Assembly: GCA_947626025.1 (NCBI GenBank)
Contig: CANQQQ010000003.1
Coordinates: forward strand, 1 to 63,584
Direction: 5' to 3'
DNA length: 63,584 nucleotides
DNA from: an uncultured Clostridia bacterium
Lineage (GTDB): Bacteria > Bacillota > Clostridia > TANB77 > CAG-508
Part shown: one piece after another, positions 55,873 to 63,584 of the stretch
Layout of the letters: the number at the start of each line of letters is the position of its first letter
Numbering within the stretch: position 1 is the stretch's first letter
Position numbers and translations under genes: made by a program
The notes under the pieces: model-generated
What the model was told of the DNA's origin: nothing
The model's input: only the letters and a program-made list of their open reading frames with translations
Databases searched by the model: none

Positions 55873-57678
55873 TTACACAAATATTTGATATACTAATGTT
55901 GTAATTCCCCAAGCTAATAATATTTGAAATGCTATTAATCGTAAAGTAAATGCGTTTGATTTAGTTTCATTCTTAATTGTTGCCATTGTTGCAATGCATG
56001 GAACATATAATAAGCAAAATATCATTAGACAAAATGCATTTATTGGTTTAAATCCTACACTACTTAATATTGTGTATAGTTCTGTACCATTTGCTGTAAT
56101 ATCAATACCATATAAAACATTTATACTTGATACGACAACTTCCTTTGCTGCTAATCCAGAAATCAATGCAACCGCTATTTGCCAATATCCTAGTCCAGCA
56201 GGCTTTAATATTGGTACTAATATTTTTCCAAATATTGCTCCAAAACTCTCCTCCGCATTTTCTACAAAACCTGTTGGGCCTATATTTAAAACTCCCCATA
56301 GTAAAATTGAAGCGAGAAAGATAATTGTTCCTGCTTTTTCTAGATAATCCTTAACTTTATCCCATACATATTTTCTAATAGTTTTAAAGTCTGGCATTTT
56401 ATACTCTGGCAATTCTACTATCAACTTTTCTCTCTTAACATCCTTATCTAATTTTTGTGTTATAACTCCTACAATAATTCCAACTAAAATTCCTATTAAA
56501 TACATACTTAATGCTACTAATGTTGCATACTTTTGAAAAAATAATCCTGCAAACAATACATATATTGGTATTTTCGCACTACAAGACATACATGGTATTA
56601 GCATCATCGTTCTTCTTCTATCTTTATCACTTTTTAGAGTTCTTGTTGACATTACTGCGGGAACAGAACATCCAAATCCTAATATCATTGGAATACATGC
56701 TTTCCCAGATAATCCTAATTTCTCCATAATGCCATTCATTAAATAGGCTACTCTTGACATATATCCACTATCTTCTAAAAATGCTAAGCATAAAAATAAT
56801 ATAAAAATATTTGGTAGAAACGTTAATATTCCACCAACTCCTGTTATAATTCCATCAACAATTAGAGAAATTACTGCTGGTCCTAAACCTATGCCTTGTA
56901 ATATGTATAAAACTTTATTAGATACGAATTCTAAAGCTAATTCAAAATATCCTTTTATAAAATCTCCTAATGTAAAAGTCAATAGGAATACTATTGACAT
57001 TATTACTATAAATATTGGTAATCCAAATACATTATGTGTTAACACTTTATCAATTTTATCTGTAAGTTCTTCCCTTTCTTTTTTATTTTCAACACATTCA
57101 CTAACTATTTTTGATATAAAATCATATTTTTTAGTTATCTCTTCTTCATTATCTATTTTTACTTTTACATTATCAGCTTTATTCTTTGAAGAACATTCTA
57201 TGACCGTTTCTATTAGTTCGTCTAATCCGCTTCTATTCTTTGCTGATATTGGTACTACTTTAATTCCAAGCTTGTCCTCTAATTTTTTTATATTTATTTT
57301 CATTCCTCTTTTTTTCACTACATCCATCATATTTAATGCCAATACAACAGCTTGTCCTGTTTCAATTAATTGCAATGCTAAGTATAGATTTCTCTCTAGT
57401 GACGATGCATCTATTATATCTACTATTACATCTATATTTTCTTCTTCTATGTATTTCCTAGATATTTGTTCTTCTATAGAATATGAGTTTAAAGAATAAA
57501 TTCCTGGCAAGTCTGTAATCTTTATACTGAAATTATTATAATTGAATTCTGATTCTTTTTTTTCTATTGTAACTCCTGGCCAGTTTGCAACTTTTAAGTT
57601 TGCACCTGTATATGCATTAAATAATGTGGTTTTTCCGCAGTTAGGATTGCCTATAAATGCAAGGTTCAAGTTTTCCAT
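55873..57678 (-). CDS. feoB: Ferrous iron transporter FeoB (short form)
   Basis: GNPNCGKTT, NWPGVT, DLPG, NMMD; gate motifs GFGCSVPA and LYVPC. Confidence 0.95.
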   Translation of the reverse strand: MENLNLAFIGNPNCGKTTLFNAYTGANLKVANWPGVTIEKKESEFNYNNFSIKITDLPGIYSLNSYSIEEQISRKYIEEENIDVIVDIIDASSLERNLYLALQLIETGQAVVLALNMMDVVKKRGMKINIKKLEDKLGIKVVPISAKNRSGLDELIETVIECSSKNKADNVKVKIDNEEEITKKYDFISKIVSECVENKKEREELTDKIDKVLTHNVFGLPIFIVIMSIVFLLTFTLGDFIKGYFELALEFVSNKVLYILQGIGLGPAVISLIVDGIITGVGGILTFLPNIFILFLCLAFLEDSGYMSRVAYLMNGIMEKLGLSGKACIPMILGFGCSVPAVMSTRTLKSDKDRRRTMMLIPCMSCSAKIPIYVLFAGLFFQKYATLVALSMYLIGILVGIIVGVITQKLDKDVKREKLIVELPEYKMPDFKTIRKYVWDKVKDYLEKAGTIIFLASILLWGVLNIGPTGFVENAEESFGAIFGKILVPILKPAGLGYWQIAVALISGLAAKEVVVSSINVLYGIDITANGTELYTILSSVGFKPINAFCLMIFCLLYVPCIATMATIKNETKSNAFTLRLIAFQILLAWGITTLVYQIFV

Positions 57679-57901
57679 TTTTTTCTTCCCTTCTAATATT
57701 TATTGAATTTGAGATTTTTTTATCTATTCCTATTCTTGTACCTCTTACTTTTATTATCACACCACTTCTTCTTTTATTTAATATTATTATTTTAGTCCCT
57801 TTTAGAATGCCCAATACTTGTAATCTTGTTTTTGTTATGCTATCAGTAGTTATATTATTTATTATATATTGCTCATTTGTTATTCCTTTTGATAAATTCA
57901 T
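57641..57901 (-). CDS. feoA: FeoA-like protein
   Basis: TRLQVLGILKGT..IIKVRGTRIGI; directly upstream of and overlapping feoB. Confidence 0.8.
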   Translation of the reverse strand: MNLSKGITNEQYIINNITTDSITKTRLQVLGILKGTKIIILNKRRSGVIIKVRGTRIGIDKKISNSINIRREEKNGKLEPCIYRQS

Positions 57902-58067
57902 AAATCCCATTATTTATATATATGATATTCATAAATTTTTATGACAAAAGAGTTTATTATAATTGCTAAACTTAACTTCACAAATTTCCAGAAATTTTGC
58001 AAAAAAATAAAAGAAAGTGAATTTTAATTACTTTTACCTTCTTTTATCTTTTATATATTTTTAATTA

Positions 58068-58550
58068 TTATTTCTTTTCAATAGATAGCACCTTGTATCT
58101 TGCGACCTCGTTATCTGGTAATTCTACTTCTACAACTTGGTTTTTCTTTGCTCCTAATAAAGCTTTTCCTATTGGAGATTCATTTGATATTTTATTTTGT
58201 GATAAATCAACTTCTGTTGAACCTACTATTGTATATTCAAATTCATCTTCATAATCCATATCTTTTATTTTTACTCTGTTACCGACTTGAACTGTCTTTG
58301 TATCTATTTCTGATTCATTTATAATTTTAGCATATCTTAATTTATTTTCTAGGTCTGCAATTTTGATTTCATTTTCTGCTTGAGCATTTTTTGCTTCATC
58401 ATATTCAGAATTTTCTGATAAATCTCCAAAACCAAGTGCAACCTTTATTCTTTCTGATATTTCACTTCTTTTTGTTGTTTTTAAATATTCTAATTCTTTT
58501 TCTATATTTTCATATCCTTCTTGTGTTAATAAAACTTCTTTATTATCCAT
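58068..58550 (-). CDS. greA: Transcription elongation factor GreA
   Basis: GDLSENSEYDEAK, ISNESPIGKALLG; GGAGG RBS before MDNK. Confidence 0.97.
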   Translation of the reverse strand: MDNKEVLLTQEGYENIEKELEYLKTTKRSEISERIKVALGFGDLSENSEYDEAKNAQAENEIKIADLENKLRYAKIINESEIDTKTVQVGNRVKIKDMDYEDEFEYTIVGSTEVDLSQNKISNESPIGKALLGAKKNQVVEVELPDNEVARYKVLSIEKK

Positions 58551-58590
58551 AGGTTTTACCTCCATTTAATGTAGTATTGTGACTATAATA

Positions 58591-59406
58591 TTACGACAAA
58601 TAACTTGTTTTGTCAAGTACATTTTTATATTCTTTTCTTGCAATTTCTCCATTGTTTCCAAGCAAGCTTTCAATAATAACTTTATCCTTTAAAATGTCTT
58701 TTGCTATATTTTCTATCTTGTCATTTCTATATATATAACTCTCGTATAATTCTGTCTTTTCAAAGTCATTAGTCCACTCTAACATATCCATTAATCGATT
58801 TTTAAAATTAATTCTATAAGAGCTGATATTTATTCCTGAAAATCTCTTTGCATTTATATTTATTTTTCCTTTTAAATTTACTATAATTGCATTTTCTGGT
58901 ATTCTGTATTTATTTAATCCCTCTTCTGTGAAATCGAAATTAAATATTATATCAGAATCTTGTAATCCTTTTCTTTTATTATTAGAAATTGCTAAAACTA
59001 TTCCATTTTCATAATATAGTGCTTCCTCCATATTATAGAATTTTTCTTTATGTTCAGTTATAATTCTTAATCTATTATTTTTATTCATTAATTCTTTAAC
59101 ATAATAATTTATTAGATCATTATTATCATTCGATACAATAGCTATTCTTTGTTTTTGTATATCAATATTCTGACACTTTGAGATATATTCTATAATTTGT
59201 ATTACCAAAAACTTAAATAACCATCTTCCGTCAGCAATTGGTATTTCCATGTTATTAATGCTTTCTATAAGTTTCAAATCTTCTTTTAACTTTTTCCCTA
59301 CTACAATACATTTATATTTGTTACTCTTTCTTTTTATATATTTTAATAATACTATTTTTCTTATTTTTGAATATCTGCCTTGTCCTGAAACATATAGAGT
59401 CTTCAT
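58591..59406 (-). CDS. Hypothetical protein, possibly a degenerate Rossmann-like fold
   Basis: 271-aa ORF with AGGTG RBS; RIAIVS and DIIFNFD segments; no catalytic motif recognised. Confidence 0.65.
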   Translation of the reverse strand: MKTLYVSGQGRYSKIRKIVLLKYIKRKSNKYKCIVVGKKLKEDLKLIESINNMEIPIADGRWLFKFLVIQIIEYISKCQNIDIQKQRIAIVSNDNNDLINYYVKELMNKNNRLRIITEHKEKFYNMEEALYYENGIVLAISNNKRKGLQDSDIIFNFDFTEEGLNKYRIPENAIIVNLKGKININAKRFSGINISSYRINFKNRLMDMLEWTNDFEKTELYESYIYRNDKIENIAKDILKDKVIIESLLGNNGEIARKEYKNVLDKTSYLS

Positions 59407-59487
59407 TTATATCACCTTTACTATATATGAAACTATTTCATATATTAGAACAAAAGTCATTATAAATACACTCCTATATTGAAAAAG

Positions 59488-59514
59488 CCCTATATTGACA
59501 TAGTCAATATAGGG
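59488..59514. terminator. Terminator after the 132-aa gene
   Basis: ccctatattgac-ata-gtcaatataggg followed by a U-run on the minus strand. Confidence 0.7.
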
Positions 59515-59523
59515 TAAAACATA

Positions 59524-59922
59524 CTAATTTGGATACCTTTTCATATTAATTTGTTGCCTCTTCTCTATGTGTTCCTTCTCTAAATTACATATAAACAGAA
59601 TATCCATATTGCCTTGAATTGTACAATTGTTTTTCTTTGGTGGATCTAGTGAATTCATACCAAGTTCTTTGCATTCTAGGTAATATCCCCAGTCGTCCCC
59701 AACATAACAAAAGTGTATGCCTACAGATAAATCATCAAGCTTAATTAATGTCTCAAAAGAGATAATCCTGCCACTCTTGTATCCTTTTATTTTCTCTTTT
59801 GAAACCTCGACAGTTAAACTTCTATTATTCTCAAAATAGTTCTTAGTGAGAACAAACAGTTTCTCCTGTGTTTGCCGTATCACTCTTTCTGCAGTCAAGT
59901 ACTCGTTAATATCAATTGCCAT
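59524..59922 (-). CDS. Stand-alone 132-aa hypothetical protein
   Basis: AAGGAGG RBS, own promoter and terminator. Confidence 0.7.
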   Translation of the reverse strand: MAIDINEYLTAERVIRQTQEKLFVLTKNYFENNRSLTVEVSKEKIKGYKSGRIISFETLIKLDDLSVGIHFCYVGDDWGYYLECKELGMNSLDPPKKNNCTIQGNMDILFICNLEKEHIEKRQQINMKRYPN

Positions 59923-59966
59923 ATCTTGTCCTCCTTATTGTTTTTTATACTAATTTTTGTTAATGT

Positions 59967-59995
59967 ATTATATCAAATTTTTTTGGTAATTTCAA
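59967..59995 (-). promoter_or_regulatory. Sigma-A promoter for the 132-aa gene
   Basis: TTGAAA-17 nt-TATAAT with TG extension. Confidence 0.7.
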
Positions 59996-60017
59996 TAGTT
60001 TATACTTTTAGTAAATG

Positions 60018-61526
60018 CTATACATTTTTTATATCTTTTCTCACAAAACTTTCAAATGTTGTTACTAATATTGCAATTATTGTAATTGCACAAATTGCTA
60101 TTGAAAATCCTAAAGTCATACCTTGAATTGGAGGTAAACTTCCATAAGCATATTGCGTTAAATCCCAATTTAGTGTAGGAATAAATCTTATCCACTTTGC
60201 TTGGAATAATATGACTAGCTGTTGCACAATACTAGAAACAAAATATAATAAGAAGGATACAACAATTGCTATCGCTGTATTTGCGCTTAAAGTACCTATC
60301 ATAAATGCAACTACTGCTAGAATTATAATTAATGGGCATATTTTTAATAAATTGATAAACATATATGCAAATACATTCATCGTAACTATTGAGTTTGTAC
60401 TATAATTATAAATTATTACTGGAATATTTATTGTATTAAATCCATAGGTAAATCCTGTAAATATTACTTCTATTATAGTAATAACTAATATAGAAATAAT
60501 TAGAGCAATTAAACAAGCAATAAGTTTTGATGCTAGAATTTTTCTTCTGCTATAAGGTCTTGCTAATAGTAGTTTTATTGTTCCTTTATTAAATTCTTCA
60601 CTTATGATTGTACCTGTTAGCATTATTGCTATTATAATGGTAAATAATAATCCATTTCCAGTTGTAAATAAATCCTTTAATGAATCTGAAGCTGTCATAT
60701 TTGAACTTATACCGTTCTCAATTTTGTATTTAGTAATATTAAATGATGACAACATATCTTGATATTGTATCTTTGAATTATAATCAAAATCTTTTGATTC
60801 TTTTTCTTTATAATTGTTTTCATCAATATCATAACTATAGTTAGTATATATTATAGATTCTGCATAGCTTTCATATTGTTGTAATAAGTCATCAAAATTT
60901 TCATCCCCATAGCAAATATCTTTTTCTAATCTCCACTCTAATACTTGAATTTTTATTTTTAATATTTCTATTTCTTGTTTAAGGCTCTTTATGGTATTGA
61001 CATCTGTTACCTTTTCTATTGTATCTCTGTTAATTTCTAGTTGTTCTTTTGTTTGTACTAAAGTTTCTTCTGCAAAAGATTTCCAATCACCAGTGTCTAA
61101 TTTTTTTATAACATCATTATACTCTGCCTGTAGTTCTTCTAATGATAAATCTGGATTACTTGCATACATGCTCAATCCATTTTTATAATAATTTATATCC
61201 GTTATTAGATTACGTAAATCTTCTTCTATTATGGTTGATTGCCATGAATTTTCTCCGTATTTTTTTTGCAGTTCTAGACATTCTATTTCAGATTGTGTTA
61301 TACTATACATTTGTTTTCCCTCTTCTGTTGATTTATCTATTTGATCTAAATATTCTTGTTCCATTTCTAGTTGTAAATCAAAATAAAAAGAATTCATATT
61401 AAGATTATCTATAAATTTAATTAAAGCCATTCCTGCTATTGATAGTATTAGATAAATTATTAATATTACATATATAGCTTTTTTACTAAATATTTTTATC
61501 AATTCATTTTTTACTAAATTAAACAA
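60018..61526 (-). CDS. ABC-2 type exporter permease
   Basis: LVKNELIKIF, large extracellular loop, IISEEFNKGTIKLLLARPYSR. Confidence 0.9.
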   Translation of the reverse strand: MFNLVKNELIKIFSKKAIYVILIIYLILSIAGMALIKFIDNLNMNSFYFDLQLEMEQEYLDQIDKSTEEGKQMYSITQSEIECLELQKKYGENSWQSTIIEEDLRNLITDINYYKNGLSMYASNPDLSLEELQAEYNDVIKKLDTGDWKSFAEETLVQTKEQLEINRDTIEKVTDVNTIKSLKQEIEILKIKIQVLEWRLEKDICYGDENFDDLLQQYESYAESIIYTNYSYDIDENNYKEKESKDFDYNSKIQYQDMLSSFNITKYKIENGISSNMTASDSLKDLFTTGNGLLFTIIIAIMLTGTIISEEFNKGTIKLLLARPYSRRKILASKLIACLIALIISILVITIIEVIFTGFTYGFNTINIPVIIYNYSTNSIVTMNVFAYMFINLLKICPLIIILAVVAFMIGTLSANTAIAIVVSFLLYFVSSIVQQLVILFQAKWIRFIPTLNWDLTQYAYGSLPPIQGMTLGFSIAICAITIIAILVTTFESFVRKDIKNV

Positions 61527-62427
61527 TTTTATTACCTCCTGTCTTTTTTAAAAAAGCTTCTTCTAGTGTTATGATTTCCTCCTTTACACTGTAAATATCT
61601 ATGTTGTTATTAACTAATTTCTTTATTATCTCAGCTGTTTCTTGTTCAGTCGCTGAAATATTGAACTCATTATTGTTTAAAATAGTTACTGCATTTAATA
61701 ATGTTGATATTTTGCTTGTATCATTTACTCTAAATAACACATTATTTTTATTTGTTTCTTCTTTTAATTCATTAATATCTTTAGTGTCAATTACTTCTCC
61801 ATTTTTTATAATACATACCTTTGTGCAGAAATTATCTAATTCAGCTAAATTGTGACTAGAAATCAATACTGCCATTTTTTCTTCTTTAGCTAACTTTTGT
61901 ATAAGTTCTCTTAACTCTTTTATTCCTTCTGGATCTAATCCATTTGTTGGTTCATCTAAAATCAATATATTAGGTCTATGAATAATTGCTTGCGCAATAC
62001 CTAATCTTTGTCTCATTCCTAAGGAATATTTTGAAACTTTATCATTAATTCTTGATTCTAGTCCTACTAGTTTTACAACTTCATCTATTCTAGTTTTTTC
62101 GATATTTTTATATAGATTTGCAATTAATTGTAAGTTTTTATATCCTGATAAATACATGTATAAATCAGGATTTTCAACTATTGCTCCTACTCTTTCTATT
62201 GCTTTTTCAAAATCTTTCTGTATATCATATCCATTAATTTTAACAGTGCCTTTATCAATTCTTTGAAGCCCTAAAATAAGTTTAATTGTTGTAGTTTTTC
62301 CTGCGCCGTTAGGTCCTATAAAGCCCAAAATATCTCCACTTTCTAGTTTTGTTGACACATCTTTTATTATTGTTTTTTTTCCAATCTTTTTAAATAGATT
62401 ATTACACTCTAAAACAACATCTCCCAC
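61519..62427 (-). CDS. ABC exporter ATP-binding protein (BcrA/lantibiotic-immunity type)
   Basis: GPNGAGKTT, YSLGMRQRLGIA, LDEPTNGLD, SSH. Confidence 0.93.
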   Translation of the reverse strand: MGDVVLECNNLFKKIGKKTIIKDVSTKLESGDILGFIGPNGAGKTTTIKLILGLQRIDKGTVKINGYDIQKDFEKAIERVGAIVENPDLYMYLSGYKNLQLIANLYKNIEKTRIDEVVKLVGLESRINDKVSKYSLGMRQRLGIAQAIIHRPNILILDEPTNGLDPEGIKELRELIQKLAKEEKMAVLISSHNLAELDNFCTKVCIIKNGEVIDTKDINELKEETNKNNVLFRVNDTSKISTLLNAVTILNNNEFNISATEQETAEIIKKLVNNNIDIYSVKEEIITLEEAFLKKTGGNKIV

Positions 62428-62794
62428 TTTATTCCCTCCTTTATTTCTGCTTATAATCTTATCACTTATATATTTTTATTTCAATATCACTCTAAAAAAA
62501 GCAAATATGTAAATGTTTTCCTACATGCCTCCACTTGTGGAAACCTTTATTAACAAATATACCACTTCCACCAACACGTATGTTGTTATAATCAGGTAAA
62601 CAGATAACATATTCTTGTTTTATATTTTCATGAAATAATTTTTTAGTCGAAGAATATATATTCAATAAATATAATGCATATAGTTAAATAGTACAGATTA
62701 GGACGTGACGAAGTGATAACAACATCCACGATACACCGTAATGTAATACAGGAGTAATTTTATATTTTTTTGCAAAAAAATGTTTGCTTTTTTA

Positions 62795-62823
62795 TTGTTT
62801 TATTGTAAAACATATGTTATACT
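62795..62823 (+). promoter_or_regulatory. Promoter for the small hydrophobic peptide
   Basis: TTGTTT-17 nt-TATACT with TG extension. Confidence 0.6.
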
Positions 62824-62899
62824 ATCTGACATAGGAAATGATAATAATCAGATGTGGTTTTGCTACCAATTTTTACGAATCTTCGTAGGAGAGGTGGTG

Positions 62900-63019
62900 A
62901 TGTTTATGGTTAAAGTAATACTATTTTTTATTATAGCATTTATATTATCTTTAACATTAAACGTTGCCTTGGCTACAGTTCTTTATAAGAACTGGGTTGA
63001 TAAGCAACTACATAAATAA
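62900..63019 (+). CDS. Small single-TM peptide, candidate type I toxin
   Basis: AGGAGAGGTG RBS; MFMVKVILFFIIAFILSLTLNVALATVLYKNWVDKQLHK; the track ORF start at 62780 is too far upstream. Confidence 0.7.
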   Translation: MFMVKVILFFIIAFILSLTLNVALATVLYKNWVDKQLHK

Positions 63020-63106
63020 TAAAAACTCACATCTGTAACTTTGACGAATAGATGTGAGTTTTCACGTATTTTCGGCAAAACCACGTTTGTGGATTTGTCA
63101 TTTCCT
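63017..63106 (-). ncRNA. Candidate antisense antitoxin RNA, about 90 nt (ends approximate)
   Basis: Perfect promoter at 63113-63141, no downstream ORF, ends in a 13-bp hairpin plus U-run. Confidence 0.65.
63022..63062. terminator. Hairpin shared by the peptide gene and the antisense RNA
   Basis: aaaactcacatct-15 nt-agatgtgagtttt; the U-tract is longer on the minus strand. Confidence 0.75.
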
Positions 63107-63112
63107 ATTTTT

Positions 63113-63141
63113 ATTATATATAGATTATTTAATTTTGTCAA
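63113..63141 (-). promoter_or_regulatory. Perfect consensus sigma-A promoter
   Basis: TTGACA-17 nt-TATAAT on the minus strand. Confidence 0.85.
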
Positions 63142-63233
63142 ATGCTATTTTTTCAATAATTTCAAATAAGCTATAATATTATATAAAGAAAGCTGCCTTT
63201 ATAGAGTACTAAATCCCATAAAAACGCCTAGAC

Positions 63234-63280
63234 TGGTTGGGGTAGTAGGATTCGAACCTACGCATGTCGGAGTCAGAGTC
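63234..63280 (-). tRNA. 3' 47-nt fragment of tRNA-Gln(CTG), probable att-site duplicate and not a functional tRNA
   Basis: GA-CTCTGAC-TCCGA-CATG-CGTAGG-TTCGAAT-CCTAC-TACCCCA-A-CCA; no D-arm or 5' acceptor strand upstream. Confidence 0.9.
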
Positions 63281-63524
63281 TTTTTAATTATTTTATATAT
63301 GTTATCATTTATTGTTATATAACATCTCTTAAAATGGCTCTAAATCAAACAATTTTACCCCAAATTTATCTAAATTTAGTATCTAACACTAATTATAAAA
63401 TAACAGATTTTTATAAACTTTTGTTAGATATTGGTTAGATGTTTTCATTGCATTTATTATAACAGATAATCTACTATTGATAAATAGTTTTTTTAAAATT
63501 TTTAAAATTTATGGAGGTTTAACT

Positions 63525-63584
63525 ATGAAAAATGAAGAATTAGAAAAAGAAATTACAGATAAAAAAACTGGAATAAGTTATACA
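63525..63584 (+). CDS. Partial ORF, resembles the N-terminus of TnpV-family proteins
   Basis: GGAGG RBS; MKNEELEKEITDKKTGISYT, truncated by the window edge; family call from recall only. Confidence 0.45.
   Translation, partial: MKNEELEKEITDKKTGISYT

Larger units (their letters stand above)
63234..63584. mobile_element. Edge of an integrative element extending beyond the window
   Basis: tRNA 3' fragment starting at the anticodon loop, followed by AT-rich DNA with short repeats and a TnpV-like ORF. Confidence 0.65.

Noticed and set aside
57641-57678. 38-nt overlap of feoA with feoB, suspected frameshift
   Set aside because: No alternative frame gives a fusion or a clearly better FeoA end; a natural overlap is adequate.
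62492-62665. 57-aa minus-strand ORF with a TTG start (..NIRVGGSGIFVNK..)
   Set aside because: No RBS and no recognisable family; could be a decayed foreign fragment but cannot be supported.
63068-63080. 13-mer ATTTTCGGCAAAA shared with the spoIIIAB frameshift site (minus strand, about 47519-47531)
   Set aside because: Post-hoc match with no mechanism. Worth remembering only if read inspection shows a systematic error at this motif.

Overview
Very AT-rich chromosomal window from a spore-forming clostridial Firmicute. The gene set and composition suggest an uncultured gut Clostridia lineage, but that is inference. Nearly all genes are on the minus strand. Housekeeping content: smpB, fba, a COG0523 GTPase, tig-clpP-clpX-ileS, groESL with two CIRCE elements, scpB, glgP, rpsF-ssb-rpsR with an S6:S18 leader, mutS, feoAB, greA and an ABC-2 exporter. 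Sporulation genes are the full spoIIIAA-AH operon and spoIVA. There is a type II fatty-acid synthesis cluster and a cadC-cadA metal-efflux unit. Best leads: (1) an unannotated type I toxin-antitoxin-like locus at 62.8-63.1 kb whose mRNA 5' UTR and 3' end are complementary, with an antisense promoter pointing into that 3' end; (2) a dockerin-bearing glucosaminidase next to a membrane-anchored cohesin-like protein and an LPXTG protein; (3) a FASII cluster with no fabH or fabK, preceded by two acyl-AMP ligases; (4) spoIIIAB split by a +1 frameshift at TTT-CGG; (5) a 3' fragment of tRNA-Gln(CTG) marking the edge of an integrated element that runs off the right end. No CRISPR array, rRNA or intact tRNA was seen.
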